DNA of 64,000 nucleotides, from contig CM059432.1 of the NCBI GenBank assembly GCA_030390025.1, positions 97,094,001 to 97,158,000 on the forward strand, read 5' to 3'. The notes under the pieces are model-generated. The model did not search any database and was not told where the DNA came from. It saw only the letters and a list, made by a program, of their open reading frames with translations. The position numbers and the translations under genes are program-made. Shown here piece by piece: positions 60,401 through 64,000 of this stretch; the first letter of the stretch is position 1; every line of letters begins with the position of its first letter. Origin of the DNA: Squalus acanthias (lineage: Eukaryota).

Positions 60401-63400
60401 AGGCTGCGCTGGTGGCACAATGCCTCACAAATTTTACCCTTATGAGTGTATAAGCCTACTTATCCATTTAGGTCATTGTCAGCACATGAACTATTAAGCA
60501 TGTGCTCTGTACGTGTTCAAATATGTGAGAATTCAGGCCCTATAAGGTCTATATCCAAAGTCATTAGAAGAGGGTGAAGCACCCATTGGACCTTCTCTGA
60601 TTTCTCTTCTTTGTCCCTGATCAGTTTTTCATAGACTGAATGGACATATTTACATAAGATAGGGAACAAAGTACAGAAAGATTTTTTAAAAACCTGATTT
60701 GTATAGCATCTTGTGACATCTTTCAGAAACATCCAAAGTACATCACATGCAATGAATTAATTTGAAGTGTAGCCACTCTTATGTAGGCAAATGTAGCTGT
60801 CATTTTGCACATTGTGTGACCCCACAAATGCTAATGAGATGAATGTCTAAGAAGGGTTTTATAGACAAGCAAAATACTGCAGATGCTGGAAATCTGAAAT
60901 ATAAACTGAAAATGCTAGAAATACTTTGCAGGTCAGGCAGCATCTGTGGAGAGAGAGCAAAGTTAACGTTTCTGGTCGATGATCTTTCATCAGAACTGGA
61001 ACAGGTTTTAAAATGTAACAGGTTTTAAGCAAGTACAGAGACTTGAAAAGGGGTGAGGGGAGGAAAGAACAAAGGGGAGGGTCTATGGTAGGATGGAAGG
61101 CAGGAGAAATTAAATGACAAAAGGTATGATGTTGCAAGGCAAAAGGGGGTGGTAATGGGACAAGTTAAGAAACAAAAGGCGGGTCTAGAGGAGGTGTAAA
61201 TGGCAATAGCAGAATCATTACCAACAGCTGTTGTCCGAAAAAATAGGAGCGGTGGTTATGATCTGAAATTGCTGAACTAAATGTTGAGTCCGGAAGGTTG
61301 TAAAGTACCCAATAGAAAGATGAGGTGCTGTTCCTCGAGCTTCCATTGAGCTTCATTAGAACAGTGTAGGAGGCCGAGGACAGAGAGATCAGAGTGGGAG
61401 TGGGGCGAAGAATTAAAATGACAGGCGACAGGAAGCTCAGCATCACGCTTGTGGATTGAACGGAGGTGTTCTGCAAAGTGATCACCCAATCTGCGTTTGG
61501 TCTTCCCAGTGAAGAGGAGACCGCATCGTGAGCAGCAAATACAATATACTAAATTGAAAGAAGTACAAGTAAAATTTATGTTTCATCTGGAAGGACTGTT
61601 TGGGGCCTTAGATGATGGGAAGAGAGGAGGTAAAAGGGCAGGTGTTGCATCTCCTGCGCTTGCACGGGACGATGCCATGGGGAGGGGAAGGGTTGTTGTG
61701 GGTGATTGAACAGTGGATCAATGATGTTATGGAGAGAACAGTCCCGACGGAATGCTGAAAGGGGAGGAGAGGGGAAGATGTGTTTGTTGGTGGTGTCACG
61801 CTGGAGGTGGCGGAAATGGCGGCGGGTGACCTGTTGAATGTGGAGGCTGGTGGGGTGTAAGGTGAGGACAAGTGGAACCCTATCGTGATTCTGGGAGGGA
61901 GGGGAAGGGGTGTGAGCAGAATTGCGGGAAATGAGTTTTATAGTGTTGATTGAGTGAGTAATATTGGCCAGGAGATCAGAAGATTCCCTGCTCTTCCTTT
62001 TTTAGGTCCTTGGAATAGTTGGCATCCACCTGAACTACTGGAACAGGCTGACAGCGCCTTAGTTTAATGTTTCATCCACGTGAACTAGCAAAACAGTCAG
62101 ATGGGTTTAATGTGTCCTCTTGCAGAGAGCCAGCACGGGCTCGACAGACCAAATGGCCTTCTACCATGCTGTAACCATTCTATGATTCTATGATTCCAAA
62201 GACAAGATCACCATACATTTGATCAGTAAACTAGGCTAACACTTCAGTGAAGTACTGTAGGAGTGCTACATTATTGGAGGAGCTCTCTTTTGGATGGGAC
62301 ATTAAACCAAGGCCTTGTTTGCAATCTCGGGTGCATATAAAAGATCCCATGGCAACATTCAAAGAAGAGTTTTCCCAGTATCCTGGCCAACATTTATCCC
62401 TCAACCAACATCACTAAATACAGATTATCTGGTCATTTATCATATTGCTATTTGTTGTGCACAAAGTGTCTGCTACTTTTCCCTACATTATAAAAATGAC
62501 TACACTTGAAGAACACCTCATTGCTGGAAAGCATTTTGGGACATCCTGAAAGGTGCTATATAAATGCAGCTTCTTTCTTCTTTCATAGAAACATAGAAAC
62601 ATAGAAACATAGAATCTAGGAGCAGGAGTAGGCCATTCGGCCCGTCGAGCCTGCTCCACCATTCAATACGATCATGGCTGATCATTCAAATCCAGTACCC
62701 TGTCCCTGCTTTAATCCCCACAGTACACATATCCCACCCTACCCCCGTATTTAATTCCCCCTAACATATCCCATCCTATCCCCATAACCCCACATATTTA
62801 ATCCCCACCTAACACTAAGGGTCAATTTATCATAGCCAAATCAACCTAACCCGCACATTTTTGGACAGTGGGAGGAAACCGGAGCACCCGGAGGAAACCC
62901 ACGCAGACACGGGGAGAATGTGCAAACTCCACACAGACAGTCAGCCGAGGTCAGATTCGAACCCGGGTCCCTGGCACTGTGAGGCACCAGTGCTAACCAC
63001 TATGCCACCGTGTTGCCCCGTTTCTTTCACTGTTTTACTGTGAATCATTACACTTGTGCACAAAGGCTATTCTGCATACAGAGTAACATTTGATCTCACA
63101 ACCTTACGGAAGCCTTGACAAAGTTGCATAAAACGTTACCTCATTTCTGGGTCCTGAGCAGCCTAACCAATGGTCCTTAAAGGAACCACTGGATGCCACT
63201 CAAAATTTTGTGGATTCAGAAGGAGGAGGAGTGCTCCTGCTGGTTTCACAAAACAATTGCAGGCCGCTACTGACCCACCCTCACTCCCCTCCCTATCACC
63301 TCTACTCCACCCCACACTCCCTTCCCAGACTTACTTCTGGGCTTCGGTATAGACAAGCTGCATCGGGACACTTATTTGGCACCTGCAACTGACTTGATTT

Positions 63401-64000
63401 ATTTTTATGAGGCCTGAGGACTAATTTCCTGTGGTCCTTGGGCCTTTCCGTTACGGCACACTGTTGCTTCGTGCCACTGGAATTGCACCCGCTTTGGGGC
63501 GCTATGGATTTCAGACCCCACAGTGATTTTGAGAGCCAGCAAGGCAAAGACTTGCATAAATATGGTAACACCATTGAATTGATAGATACAGAATTAATAA
63601 AAATGTTTTATATGTATATAGGATGTAGAGAAGCTGATCCCACTTGTGGGGGAGTCAAAGACTAGGGGTCATAAATATAAAATAGTCACTAATACTCCAA
63701 TAAGGAATTCAGGAGAAACTTCTTTACCCAGAGAGTGGTTAGAATGTGGAACTTGCTACCACATGGAGTAGTTGAGGCAAATAGCATTGATGCATTTAAT
63801 GGATGGTGTGTGACTTGGAGGGGAATTTGCAGGTGGTGGTGTTCCCATGCACTGCTGCCCTTGACCTTCTATGTGGTAGAGGTCACGGGTTTGGGAGGTG
63901 CTGAGATAATTCAAGAGTTAAAAATACATATGGGTATTTACAGACATAATCTGAGGGCTGCATGAATGTTGAAAGAGTAGGAAAGAGCTCTACTGCCATT
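57413..64000 (+). repeat. Tandem segmental duplication, unit 2 (runs off window)
   Basis: Near-identical to 50562-57127; includes copies of the MITE (57535-58456), PLE (60865-61934) and V-SINE (62584-63020). Confidence 0.97.

Noticed and set aside
1..64000. CRISPR arrays, rRNA, genuine tRNA genes, prokaryotic operons
   Set aside because: None seen; all tRNA-like sequences are SINE or LINE heads.

Overview
Eukaryotic, transposon-saturated non-coding DNA, most likely from a cartilaginous fish (inferred from an HE1-like V-SINE and abundant CR1/L2 LINEs). No host gene could be identified with confidence. Contents: several CR1 families; L2 remnants; repeated copies of an ORF1-less APE-RT LINE ('family B') with a tRNA-like 5' head and a matching head+tail SINE; PIF/Harbinger elements, including a near-intact 4.2 kb copy (intact 3-exon Myb/SANT gene, transposase with one frameshift, TIRs, ATA TSD) nested in a solo LTR inside a CR1; Harbinger and hAT MITEs; Penelope-like elements with GIY-YIG, inverted pseudo-LTRs and minimal hammerhead motifs; an ORF1-only Tx1-like retroelement inserted in the A-box of a tRNA-derived SINE; and a near-identical ~6.85 kb tandem duplication running off the window end. 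The best novelty candidates are the tRNA-headed, T4-poor LINE (possibly Pol III-driven) and the 'half-Tx1' element. All alignments were done by eye; boundaries of old elements are approximate.
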